DNA of 64,000 nt from contig NMRA01000226.1 of NCBI GenBank assembly GCA_002633005.1, positions 413,142 through 477,141 of the forward strand, read 5' to 3'. Within the stretch, counting starts at the first letter, position 1. The number at the start of each line of letters is the position of its first letter. A model generated the notes under the pieces. It did no database searches. It saw nothing but the letters and a program-made list of their open reading frames with translations, and was not told where the DNA came from. This document shows positions 26,301-37,222 of this stretch, in pieces. Position numbers and translations under genes: made by a program. This DNA is from Phoronis australis. Lineage: Eukaryota; Animalia; Phoronida.

Positions 26301-29300
26301 AGAACGACGATGATGATTGTAATGATGAAGATGGCAATTATGAGCAACACTATAACACTCATGTGACCTGAGAAGATGTGAGAAATCAGTAAACAGGCTA
26401 CAGTCTTGAGCGACACTTGGCGAACAACAAAATCAGTCAACAAAGGAACAGCGTTTTCAGAAACTCGAATAATTCAAAAAGTAGACGTCCTAGAGACAAA
26501 TTGAAAATATCTTCTGAGAGTCCGTTCAAAATTCTATGTAACCAGGCAGTTTCGCAGCATTTAATGAATTTTTCGAAAAACTTGAAATTTTGCATTTTTT
26601 TGAAATTCAAAGTCAAATAACTCGAAAATGGTAAGTCTGAGAAAAATGTTATTGCAACACTTTTGAAAGAGCATACTTCAAGGAATCCACATGCAAAAAT
26701 TTCCGTCATTTGCTCTTTCCGTTAAAAATGTGACCGCAGAACGATTGAAAACAGGAGAAAATGCACCAGAGCCGCCATCTTGAAAGTGACTTCCGCTTAA
26801 ACAAAATTTTATAAAAGCTGATCAATAGCAACAAACACGTGACCAGTTTGAAAATGATTGGTTTGCCAATGGGCCTTCTACAGGAGAAAACATTTTCGGC
26901 CAGATATTGAGGAGCGCATGCGCCATTGTCAATATTTCTGCATTCTTTGACCAGAAGTCAACATTTTCCGCAGAGTTGTAGTACATGCGTTCTATAATAA
27001 TCGTACCAACTTTCAGCCACGCCCGCCATTTTGAATCCGATCATGACCAAAAACAATAGGCTTCCAGAAATTTCTGATCTACACGTTGTGTGCAAATTTC
27101 GTGCGGATCGGACGAAAATTGTGACCTGTAGAGAGCGAACAAACAAAAAAACTTGATGTCAGACCAACATACTTGGCGGAATTCTGGGAATTCCGCCAAG
27201 TAACAAGCCTAGGAAACTTCAAACATTTCACTTTTGCTAATTTGAAAAAACTGCTGTTGATGAGGTAAGAGGTGACTCACCTTGGAGACATCAATTGCTC
27301 AAATCTGGCATGATTTATCAACTTGCGCTGAAATAAAGACCAGTGCAGATAAAATGACAAATACGCTAAAAAAATTATTGAGTGTATATGCGTCACTGAC
27401 ATGCAATGTACTAAATAACGACTGAGGTGTGTATGGCTCAAAAACAATCAACAAATTCCACTATTTATCAGTTGGATACAAACAGCTGAGAGTAGTCTGG
27501 GTGTAGGTTAATAATCAAAGAGGCACTATACCAGCATTTTGTCAAAAAACAACTTTTGGTTTAGAATGCTCGCCATTATAAAGTTTGCTCCTGACTGACA
27601 GTTTGTTACTACCTCAGAACAACATCATGCAGTTTATCACGGCGGTTAGTTTCAGCTGCCGAAACAATAATAGTTATTCAATGTTTCAGCAAAAGAATGA
27701 AAATACGCTGTCGTTAGCTCTATTTAAGTTAGATCCAGTTGGTGTGAAATGGTCTGCCTGAGGTTAACACACAGCAGGTCCTTGTTGAATTTTGATGTTG
27801 GTCTTCAGACAGGTAGCTGGCTGGCTGTTTTATCCAGGTGGTGTGAATTTTCAAGGTCTTCATGAGGTTAACAGACAGAAGTTAGTGGCTGTATTTTGAT
27901 GTTAGTTTTCAGACAGGTAGCTCACTGGCTAAACTGTAGGCATATCCCCATACAAAGTTACTCACTTCATAATACAACGAATAATATGAAATGCAGCATG
28001 CATATGTACTCAATGAGTTATAATCAACACATATCTTGACTGTAAACAATTTCGTCATCATAATTTGAAAATATCTCAGAGACCCTTTGACGCAGGTAAA
28101 TGAAATTTTGCAGGTAACCATTCAGTGTTACGATACACGTTTCAGTAAATTTTTATCCAAATCGGACGTTTTGGCACATTTTGCATTATATATAATTGAA
28201 AATACTACGGACTGTTGTAAATTCTTTGCTGAAATAAAGGTTTACCTATATAGAACTGTTCTGTTACTATATCTTGTCACCAAAGGCCTTATTTATGTTC
28301 TGACTGATCTTTGAAAAACACAACTAGCAAACCTTCGGCGAACCTAAATATTGGACACCATGTTTCCCCATACGCCACACCGCGGAAAACTGACTAATCA
28401 CGTAATTTCAGCTTGAGTGTTGTGACATATATGCTGCTAGAACACAGGTCCATTCGCAACAAAATTATCCATAAAATGAAATCTGATGACGGTGCCAAGT
28501 CGTTTCCATGAATCACTGCAGACGACTAAAGCACGTGCAAACTCACAGCCGTTTTTAGTATCTCTTTGGCTTCTTGATTTGACACCCGCACGTGCGCGGT
28601 TGGGGTTTGACTTGAGTTTAAAAACAAATGAAAAACTGGAACAGTGACATATTGTCAGTTCAATGAGATGGTTTCATTGCGGATAAAATATTTTGTTTTC
28701 AACTTTTATAACCGATTTATGCGATCGTCCATTTTAGGCCAACTTGGGGGTCTAAATTGCACCCTCACTCGGTGAAATCAAAACGAGGCAACGCTGTAAA
28801 AAACGAGACGGTGCCGGACACTGAATGCATTACAGTGGAACAAAAATTGTTGTCCTTTAATTCACAGATTATTCTTCAAGTAAGATTTTATGAAATGTCC
28901 GATATTTAGGGTCTGTCCGATAATTAGGTACACTATGTCATGTGTAGTCATACCGAGTCATAAAACCAGAAAGGGTCACTGAAGAAATTAAGCACTTTTG
29001 TCTTATAAAATGAAAATCTTAAGTGCAAATTGTATTTTTGCCGAGGTGGAAACCTCTGTAGCCAACCAGCCGAGGGGCTATATGAGTTGCCACTGGCACA
29101 GACTGTGTTGGTTAGGTTACAGTGTCAAGAGACACTGTTGTTGCCTGGCCGAGTTCTGACTTTGACTTTGAGAAAGAATACGCGAAAAATAAATTTATTA
29201 ATAGCGCTTCCGCTGGTACTTAGCGACTACTCTAATGTTTTTATACGTTATCTCTCGTGATGAGACAATTCCTAAATCCAAGTTACCTGCAGCATTAAAT

Positions 29301-29346
29301 CGCGAATCTTTTGCATAAACGGAGTCAAATTTCTGGGAGCCGCCAT
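20220..29346 (-). CDS. NDUFA7: NADH:ubiquinone oxidoreductase subunit A7 (B14.5a), 4 coding exons, 112 aa
   Basis: Exons 29346-29287, 27327-27281, 25332-25192 and 20310-20220 all have GT-AG boundaries and consistent phases (60+47+141+91=339 nt). Translation [112 protein letters not shown] contains the NDUFA7 signature RTQPxPxLPxGPSHKLSxNYYxxRDGRRE. ATTAAA polyA signal on minus strand at 20077-20082. Confidence 0.95.
20697..20823. repeat. (ATC/ACC)n microsatellite in NDUFA7 intron 3
   Basis: CATCACCACCACCATC runs. Confidence 0.9.
21590..23379 (+). mobile_element. Non-autonomous Kolobok-type DNA transposon (copy 1) with decayed THAP domain
   Basis: TTAA at 21586-21589 and 23380-23383; 15-bp TIR AGGAGAATGCCACCC. 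Frameshifted RCIVPACPN...[10 protein letters not shown]...HVCGRHF (C2CH THAP) at ~21752-21990. Confidence 0.8.
23090..23340 (-). mobile_element. SINE-like insertion inside Kolobok copy 1 (T-tailed, structured 3' module)
   Basis: About 250 bp absent at the homologous site of copy 2. A-run on plus (T-tail on minus). 23105-23180 is homologous to the 3' module of the SINE at 45751-45821. Confidence 0.6.
23432..25097 (-). mobile_element. Non-autonomous Kolobok-type DNA transposon (copy 2, inverted)
   Basis: TTAA at 23428-23431 and 25098-25101; TIRs AGGAGCATGCTACCC / GGGTGGCATTCTCCT; colinear reverse complement of copy 1; THAP remnant [11 protein letters not shown]...HVCG in ORF 24704..24970. Confidence 0.8.
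25113..25162. repeat. 12-bp tandem repeat (TAGACATGCAGT)x4
   Basis: Directly visible next to the Kolobok terminus and the NDUFA7 exon 3 donor. Confidence 0.9.
25192..25332 (-). CDS. NDUFA7: NDUFA7 exon 3
   Basis: Lies within ORF 25098..25340; encodes [28 protein letters not shown]; acceptor ttttgtccAG, donor GTATGT. Confidence 0.95.
25845..27206 (-). mobile_element. Helentron-associated non-autonomous element (HINE/DINE-1-like), family A
   Basis: 5' hairpin TACTTGGCGGAA..TTCCGCCAAGTA; 3' subTIR GCCAAGT plus stem-loop CGCTC-CTCC-GAGCG then TCGTTT; T-rich insertion site; same family as 47480-48869. Lies in NDUFA7 intron 2. Confidence 0.75.
27281..27327 (-). CDS. NDUFA7: NDUFA7 exon 2 ([16 protein letters not shown])
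   Basis: Acceptor ctttatttcAG, donor GTGAGT; 47 nt, phase 0 to 2. Confidence 0.9.
29287..29346 (-). CDS. NDUFA7: NDUFA7 exon 1 ([20 protein letters not shown])
   Basis: ATG in caaaATGg context; donor GTAACT; phase 0. Confidence 0.9.
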
Positions 29347-29586
29347 TTTGGACTAACTGAGAAAAATTTCTTTTTATAAAAAATTGTACCATGAATTGAA
29401 AAATTTCCTATGCTTAGTATCAAAAAAAAATTAAATGTTATTCTCTGCAAATTTTATGAATGTTATTTATAACAACCTTATTTATATAAATGAATGTTGG
29501 AGCAAAATGTTTGTTGCTGAACTGTTCAAAACTCCGTGGTTTTTCACGTGAACCCCTTGATCTCTCTTTTCAACCCGACATTCAAA
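29347..29586. promoter_or_regulatory. Bidirectional promoter NDUFA7/RPS28 with TCT (5'TOP) initiator, E-box and YY1 site
   Basis: 240 bp between divergent ATGs. TCT motif CTCTTTTC at 29564-29571 (predicted RPS28 TSS C29566). TCACGTGA at 29544-29551. YY1-type CAAAATGGCG (minus) at 29341-29350 overlaps the NDUFA7 start. Confidence 0.8.
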
Positions 29587-29616
29587 ATGGACAGAAGCAG
29601 TACAAAGCTCGCAAGG
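29587..29616 (+). CDS. RPS28: RPS28 exon 1
   Basis: ATG about 21 nt downstream of the TCT motif; donor GTAATT. Confidence 0.92.
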
Positions 29617-32397
29617 GTAATTAATGCTCATGTATTTCTTCTCCAGTCTCCGATAAGAACGAGTTAGTTATAGCTTTGCATCCCTAAGTGATGTTACAAA
29701 CGGTTGTGATCTAAATGACACATCTATCACCGTCACCGCCAAAGAATCTGCATACAACACAGTGCAAGTCTTGTCTCTTGATCATGTTGTGTTGTCGATA
29801 GATCGGTGAACATCGCATGCGGCAAGCCGACAGTTTTTAGAGTTTGTTTTGCTCGAAAACTTTCATGTCTAAATGCGTAGGTCGTGGTTAGGGCACTAGT
29901 CGGATATAATGGACCCTAACTTATTCCAAATAATTCCACTGAATGTGGGTCTAAATGAATGATTTTGATATCGTTGCATTCCTCACCTCAAAGTCCTCAG
30001 ACATCTCGCTATCCGTACATACCTTATTCGCCGTAATAACCGCCCAGGGTGCTTAGAAAAGTTCGGTGAAATCGGAATCTAAGTCTTAAGATTCATCATA
30101 TTTACACTCTGACGTATCTGTAATCTATGAAAGACTTTCTACAAAACCGTGGTGCATTGCTGTCAAACTTTGCTGCTAAATTACGATCATTTTACAGAAA
30201 ATTGTGTTTTTGTTGCGTCTATGACTGTATCTCTTAAACCGTTCGCAGGATCTTTACTTAATTTAGGAAGTGTATTTATATGATGTTGACTAGGGATGGC
30301 GAAGACTTTCGGACAGATCTGGCTACTGCTGTACCCCCTAGTGACAATTTTAGTTTTTTACGTTTAACTCAGTGGATCCAATGGACACTGTGCCCACTAG
30401 TGGCAATTTCATTTTATTATGTTTTCCTTTGTTTCTCTGAAGATCCTTGACAGATTTTTATGAAATATGGCATGTTCCTGTTTTTGGATGGATTGTATGT
30501 TTTGCGCCATCCAGTGGCTTTTTTTATGATACAAATAAATAACCCTAAAAGCACACCATTTGCAATGCATTCGTGGGCGCATTTCAACGCTCTGCGTTGC
30601 TCTTGTTTTAATGGAGTTGAGGAAGATAATTTAAAGTTTTGAGAAAACAATGAAGTTGCATTTGAAGAGACATGCAGAAATATATTCTTGAGTACACGTG
30701 TCTACATTTCATTTCACCACACAGTACTGCAATTCATAAGTCCACAGTTAACACGTATCCTCAACAAATTCACAACTCAGGCCCATCGGCGCTTGACATA
30801 GGCAAAAATCTCTACTCGAAAGTTGAAGTGACGGCAAATTTGCACTCGCTTTCATGTACCCGGACTTGTCCTCATATAAGATGACGACCAAAAAAGACGT
30901 CAGAATTCCATGTTTGAATTTGGGGCTCCTATTTTTGCATTTTCCAATCGTTTTTCCGAGCGCTTTACTAGAAAATTTTGGAATTGGAATCGCCTGGAGT
31001 TTGGTTATTGGCGTTGCCAGTGGTTGCGGGGAACATTGGGGTTGTAAGGCGTCTGATGCAGTGGATTATAAATGGTCGCTTTGTTGAAATTGACACGAGG
31101 TCAATCACAGTCTTTCATACTACACTACAACAAATTTATTCTTAAAAAAAGAACCATTATTTTCTTGCAGTTTGAGAGCCAAATCCTGGCCTGTTTCACA
31201 GCCAAATTAACAGGTGCTTTGCGCGTGACTGGGTGACCTACTTTTTCCATTAACAGCAAACTGTGCGACACACACAGCAAAGTTGAATCGCCCAATAATC
31301 ATTTTATTCTGCAAAAGTTGAAATGTGTTGAGAGCTGAGTGTCCTAACCATTCTCACAAGAAGCAACTGCCGCTTGGCAAGCGATTTAGATAGGCTTCAT
31401 ATGACAGTGACTTTACGTCACACCTGGAAGTCGTGTCACAGCACTCCCTTCTTTGGATCAAACTACATTTCATGTTCTGTTGTTTTAGGTAACCAAAATC
31501 CTCGGCCGCACTGGCTCCCAGGGACAGTGTACTCAGGTATGCATTACTATAGTTTATACTATGATCAACGAGAACTGCACATGATTGTACAAGTTAAAGT
31601 GATTTCATAACAAGCACTTCATTGTATTTTTTCTTCAACAGTGGCATTTTTTCTTTAGTAAAATGGCTGAAGTTAACTACACCAGGCAGGAGTTTGTTCG
31701 ACCGTCTTGTGTTGTTTTCTTGTTGTTTCAACCAACTTGAGTTGTTGACAGAATCTTAATTTCTGAATCGACATTCTCTAAATATCTCTCTAAAAGCGAT
31801 GATGGGATAGATAATGTAATGTCAATCAATAGCATGTGTAAATTAAATCTTATGCATGATATAGTGGACAAGTTTGTAAAAAGTGTGTACTCTGTATCAT
31901 TGTGGTTCTCGAGTTCTATCAAAAAAAATTTCTATTTCTACTAGTATTTTTCGAGTAGCTGCGAACGCATAGCTGAATTGAAAGAAATTGTTTCTTTGGT
32001 AATTCTGTACATAACTGTCATAATTGTCTAATTACCTTGTTTGAAGTAATGAAAAGTCAGCCAAATGTTGTTCTATAACACCTGTATAGTACAAGCCACT
32101 GTTATTATGGTCTGATTAAATTCTAATTAGCATTTATGTTGGTGGAGACATTTGACAAAATCAAATTTCACCTGTCCACCATATTGTTAGGTAAATAAGT
32201 GAAGAATGGTCGTGTGTGACGTGGTGCATATTGCTATTTAACTTTCATGAAGTGGTAACCTTGTGCATTTTTAGGTGCGAGTAGAATTTCTTGATGAGAG
32301 CAGTAGGTCCATCATACGCAATGTGAAGGGGCCCATCCGAGAGGGCGACATCTTGACGCTACTTGAGTCTGAACGTGAAGCTAGGAGGCTTCGCTAG
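29587..32397 (+). CDS. RPS28: 40S ribosomal protein S28 (eS28), 3 coding exons, 66 aa
   Basis: Exons 29587-29616 ([10 protein letters not shown]), 31489-31536 ([16 protein letters not shown]) and 32275-32397 ([40 protein letters not shown]); all GT-AG, phase 0. Confidence 0.97.
30200..30609 (+). mobile_element. HINE-like element, family B (3' end clear, 5' boundary approximate)
   Basis: 3' end GGGCGCATTTCAACGCTCTGCGTTGCTCTTGTTT (stem-loop plus CTTGTTT); the same end occurs reversed at 59427-59462. Confidence 0.55.
31489..31536 (+). CDS. RPS28: RPS28 exon 2
   Basis: Encodes [16 protein letters not shown]; boundaries tgttttAG / GTATGC. Confidence 0.96.
32275..32397 (+). CDS. RPS28: RPS28 exon 3
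   Basis: Encodes VRVEFLDE...[26 protein letters not shown]; TAG at 32395-32397. Confidence 0.97.
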   Translation: MRVEFLDESSRSIIRNVKGPIREGDILTLLESEREARRLR

Positions 32398-33270
32398 CAT
32401 AGGTAGGTTGTGCCTTGTTGTCTTAGTTGGCGGTGCTGGAAAAGAAACAATTCGTAAATTGCTGTTTTAACGAATACATTACAACTGATAAATTAAAAAC
32501 GTGTGTGAACATATAAAAAGCCCTAGTAATTCCAAACATTACATAATCTCTTATTTGGTAGAGAAATAAACAAATAATAAACACTGCCTTGTTTCTTTAG
32601 GATAACTGTCAATGAAAATTACCATACTCATTTACATCAAAGAAGTCTCTCAAAACAAGACTTTCGAAAGATTGTAATGGTAACTGATTCTCGAATGGTT
32701 TCCGGCACACTGGAGGAACTGGGGTTGTTTGTAAATTACAGTACTTCATTTGCATATTCACAATTTAATAAGATTATGCATCTTTAAGACATTTTTGGTT
32801 ATCCGTTTTGATGCACAAAACATAAGGATAATCTCCAATACAAACAGTTATTACAGGCTCGTGACACTTTGAAGATAAGTGAAAGCATAGGTAACATGTG
32901 TTTACGCCAAGAGTCGTTCTGGATGTTTTCTCAGCATCAGAACCGCTAACCTCAAAGTCACTTGTTAATGAACAAATGTGTCGCCAGTGGGACTAGTATT
33001 GATCTGCTTTGATTGTTACTAAAAATCACGGTGTTTATTCGTTGGATATGAATGGTTGTATTGCTAATTAGGGTCGCTTTTTGGCTCAATCTCACCCTTG
33101 GTTAGAAAAGATATTTGCTGGTGTTGTAGGGTGGTAATTTCTTTGCCTAACAGTGCTAAGAATAAACTGACTTTTCATATCTCAAGAGGGAGATTAGTTG
33201 GAATGTCTGTGGGTTTATGAGTGCAGCCACACGATGTTGGTTTGTTCATTTACTGTGTTTTGTGTTTCAG

Positions 33271-33385
33271 GTGCTGTGCTGGGCTGTGTAGCGAGAAAGG
33301 TGGAAGAGGCGCAGGGAAATTTGTAAATTACCATGTCACCCCGACTCTTTGGTCTGCAAAAATAAAAACTTTTACGTATGCGTTC
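33271..33385 (+). other. RPS28: Probable non-coding 3'UTR exon 4 of RPS28
   Basis: Donor AG|GTAGGT 5 nt after the stop (32403); strong acceptor tgtgtttcAG at 33269-33270; AATAAA at 33361-33366. End position approximate. Confidence 0.7.
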
Positions 33386-36300
33386 TGTTTATACTCTTTC
33401 CCAGCGCTAAAGAAGGTAGCACTGTGTATTGATCATTTAAAATGGCTTCTCATTGGTTAACAGAACAAAATAAAGGGACTTTCCTAGTGGTTGGAAAATA
33501 ACATTCAAACATTGCAATTGGTTATGTTTATTGGGAATTAATGTACATCTGAAAACAGCTTCATCTTTGAAAAGTGGTTTTAACAGTGGCTTCTGTTTAC
33601 TGCAATCACAAATACAAACAAAAGTGATACATTCCACACGTTTGTGTTCGTTGAGAAATAGCTTCAAACATAGCAATCCATTGTTAAGTATTAATGCGAT
33701 ACCGTTTGTGTAGAACTAACGTCCAAACCGAGACTGGCAGCGACGGCACATTCGTGTGGGGCTCGCCAACTTATTAGAAGTCACGTTTCCCAATAGGTGG
33801 CAGTGGCAGCGTTTCTATGCTGTATAACTGTGATTAGAATAACGCTATTTGCGAATTTCAACTGAGTTTTGAACTGAAGTGAAATGATATGTACAATGTA
33901 TTTTTTCGTAGCCTAAGGGTGACTACAGAAGAGATTGTAAAAGAGGTACTGTACTAGTGAACTGGGAACCAAACTTTCCAAAGTGGTTTTTGGCTTGAAT
34001 GGTAATGATACTAGCCTGTGCGAGGTGGGACGAAATGGCAATTCCAAGTGATAAAAGCAGTTAGGCCACGCCCCATTGTTACTGTTGTGGCGGTCTCGAA
34101 GCCTATGCGCGCACCCAGAGGGCACCAACGAGCTCCCTCCCCCGAAAAAAGAAAACTAGACATCAAGTCCATTAAAAAGGAACTACCAAAACTCGGCGAA
34201 TGCAAAATTCGCACTTCAATCTTGATAAAAGGACCACATTCTCAAAAATCCGTGCCCCCCCCCCCATTTTGTATGCTGGGTGCGTGCATGAATATGGCTG
34301 ATGTCGCTAGGTGGCGGGTATTATATTGGGTCCTGGGGAAGCAAACTAACAATGCAATTAATGCAGGGCTTAGAATTTTCCTCTTTTTGGTTTCGATTTC
34401 CTATTATTTAGTTTCATGTTTCCTCTTTTTTATCATTATTTTGGCCCCATTCATGCATAAAAAGTTCATTTCAGTTAAATTTTACAATACATATTTCTTT
34501 CACACAAGACTATTTATTTGCGGAACGATACATCACCTGGAAAGTTTTCCTCTTTTTTGTCATCGGTCATTCCAAGCTCTAGCTGGCAATGGTAAAGACA
34601 TCATTAGAAGTATATTAAGCCCATTGATGTAATTATGATACGCCAATTGCAATCATAGGGATGTCTGATCCATTCAAACGGGTACGAACATACTTTCGAC
34701 GGAGGTAATTTTTACGCATGCAGTCGGGTGGTCAGTAATGCACGTTTTCGTATGGTCGTGTTACTAGACTCTGTTGCTGTGCGGCGTAACATACTAGGCT
34801 CTTTAAGAGTCACTCTCCGCCCTCGCTATTCTCCTGCAGTTTGATGGAATGCCCAACTTTGATTTCCAAAGTATTTCAGAAAATCTACAAGCTCAGAAAC
34901 TTTCACGTGGGTCAGGTTCGAAGGCTTGCTATTGTAAGGGCGTTCATTTATGCAGTGAAATAACCACCCGTTCCAAATGCCGTAACATCATTCAAGAGTC
35001 TGAAATGACTGCAAAGTTATTTTATGACGAACAAGCTGGCTTCAGAAAGCGTCCGCCAGGGTTCGGAGCGGTTGGCCTCTGGAATCGGTAGACATGTTGC
35101 ATGAAACATTCATCGTTATCTCTATAACAAACAGGATATGCCTGTGGTGAGCTACCGTCAGTAAATATCCCAGAGAGATGTTCTCGTTCAGATTACAGTG
35201 TTCATTTTATTATTTGGGTTGAAATTTATTCTCCAAAACGCTGTTTGGAATTGTTTTTAAAATGTTCCCTTTCGCATAATGGCCGGATTATCAAAAATAG
35301 GACAAATTTAATTTTTTCTGCCAGCAAATTTTGCATAAAAAAATCGGCGGCATGATAATTTAGAAAACTAAGTGACGGTGTTTTTGCGATTTCAATAATA
35401 ATTTGATTGTGTTATAGGTAACCGTTGTTTTGCCATGAGTGTATCGGTACCTTCGTTTTTCTTGCTATTTTTTGAAAATACATGATTACATGACCTAATT
35501 TTCGGAAGATTGTTATGGAGAGAAAAATCGAATTTCATAGACTTTCTGCTTTCGGAAAATTTATACTTTAATACTGAATTAAAATCTACTCGGTTTTGTA
35601 GATACTTGGTTAAATACATCGACAGGTCGACAAGGTCCTGCATACTGTAACATCCACTAGTGGATACTGGATGATTTGAGACACGCTGGGCTTCAAGAGA
35701 AACATTCGGGCCGGGGGCAGAGACTGAGCAGTATAAATGCACGTCTAAACAGTATTACAAACTACATCAGTTCTGCACACACATCTCGTGTAACGCATCT
35801 CATGTAACCTCGAAGTGAAGTCAGCAATGCAATCAAGTTCGTCGTTGGGACATTGGAATGGTCAGAGGTAGTTGCGGATGCTGACTGACGCTGTGTGGGC
35901 GCCTGTAATTAGACCAGTCAGGTCATTCACTTGCATGTATGTACACATGGATTTGCTGGGAATCGCATTAACTAATCGTATCAGCGTGTATCAACATTAC
36001 CTGTAATTATAGTTCCTCTAGTTCTGTGGTCATTTAACACTGAACCGCATCCAGGTGTAGGAATTTTGTCTAAGCTGACCTAGGTCAGCGACCTAGACAA
36101 TGTGCCTGCCGATTTATGATAATTTTACTGAATGATCCGCCTATGTATAGTCAGTGCATGTTTTAAGGGCTATGTATTCCTGTATGGTTCCCTGATTCGA
36201 AGCAAAACGAATTTTTCACAACCTTTTGTCTTATGAACAATAAGCAAAACTTTTCAACTTAACAGTGGAACACAAAAATGACTTTGTATTTGTTTCTTAA

Positions 36301-37079
36301 AACTGCTCTAAGACGTCTCTTTTCATTTTTGCGAGTACTAATTGTCAAGATATATTCGATACAGTTGTATTATACATATGCTAAACACAGATACAGAGAA
36401 TATTTGTTTTCGTTTTACTGAATTTTAACAACTATATTTCTGCCATTTTAGGAACAGAAGTGTTGGCAATCTCCTAATGTCAACGCCGTGTCGATAATTA
36501 GCATCAAAAACGTAAAATCCTGGTACGTGATTGTTTTTCGTGGCTTTGATGATTAACACGAACGTTTTGAAAGTCGGCGTATCAGTTACAAAGAAATCGT
36601 AAACAAAAGCCCGGAACAGGTATGCCGAAACACGAATGGGGAAAACGGTAAAACGGCGGAACGATCGGGTGGCAACGAGAATTTTTCAATTTTTTTCTGC
36701 AGTAAATATAAAGATCGGTTAGTGAAGAAACTTTGTCTCGCATGTTCACGAATTATGTGGCTCAGATGCTCGTAAGTTGTGAGAGTTCGTTTTTTCTAAA
36801 AATATTGATTTTTTCACGGAGATCGACGTGATTTCCACACATGTGATTTTTTTTCGAAAGAAATCAACAAGTTCGGCCAGTGTTTCTTTATTCTATGAGC
36901 TACAAAAGCGCGTCTGAGATTTTCTTTTAAGGCCTTTAACCCTATAACCTCGATGTCAAAAATGAAGGAATCTTCTCAACACTTCTTCAAGGTCGCCACG
37001 CTTTTGTAGCTAGTAGAATACAGAAACAGAATTTGAGGTTTTGTGCGCAAGAAATCGTGTCTGTGGATATCATGTTTTT

Positions 37080-37222
37080 AGAAAAAAAAAAGAAAATAAA
37101 AATACAGAAAAGGAAAAAAGAAAAGAAAAAGAAAATCATAAAAGAAAACCACAAAGAAAAAATGAAAAGAAAATCATAAAAGAAAACCACAAGGAAAAAA
37201 GAAAAGAAAAAAAAACAGAAAC
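37080..37222. repeat. Purine/A-rich low-complexity tract
   Basis: GAAAA/AAAAG runs. Confidence 0.85.

Noticed and set aside
29883-29925. Pistol-ribozyme-like start CGTGGTTAGGG..CCCTAA
   Set aside because: P1 is only 3 bp and the downstream conserved pistol elements are missing; a simple hairpin within a repeat fragment explains it.
32940-33110. Telomerase RNA template or U17-like snoRNA
   Set aside because: No CTAACCCTAA template and no U17 m1/m2 motifs.
34018-34632. 204-aa ORF
   Set aside because: Runs through repeat-like and low-complexity sequence; no domain signal.
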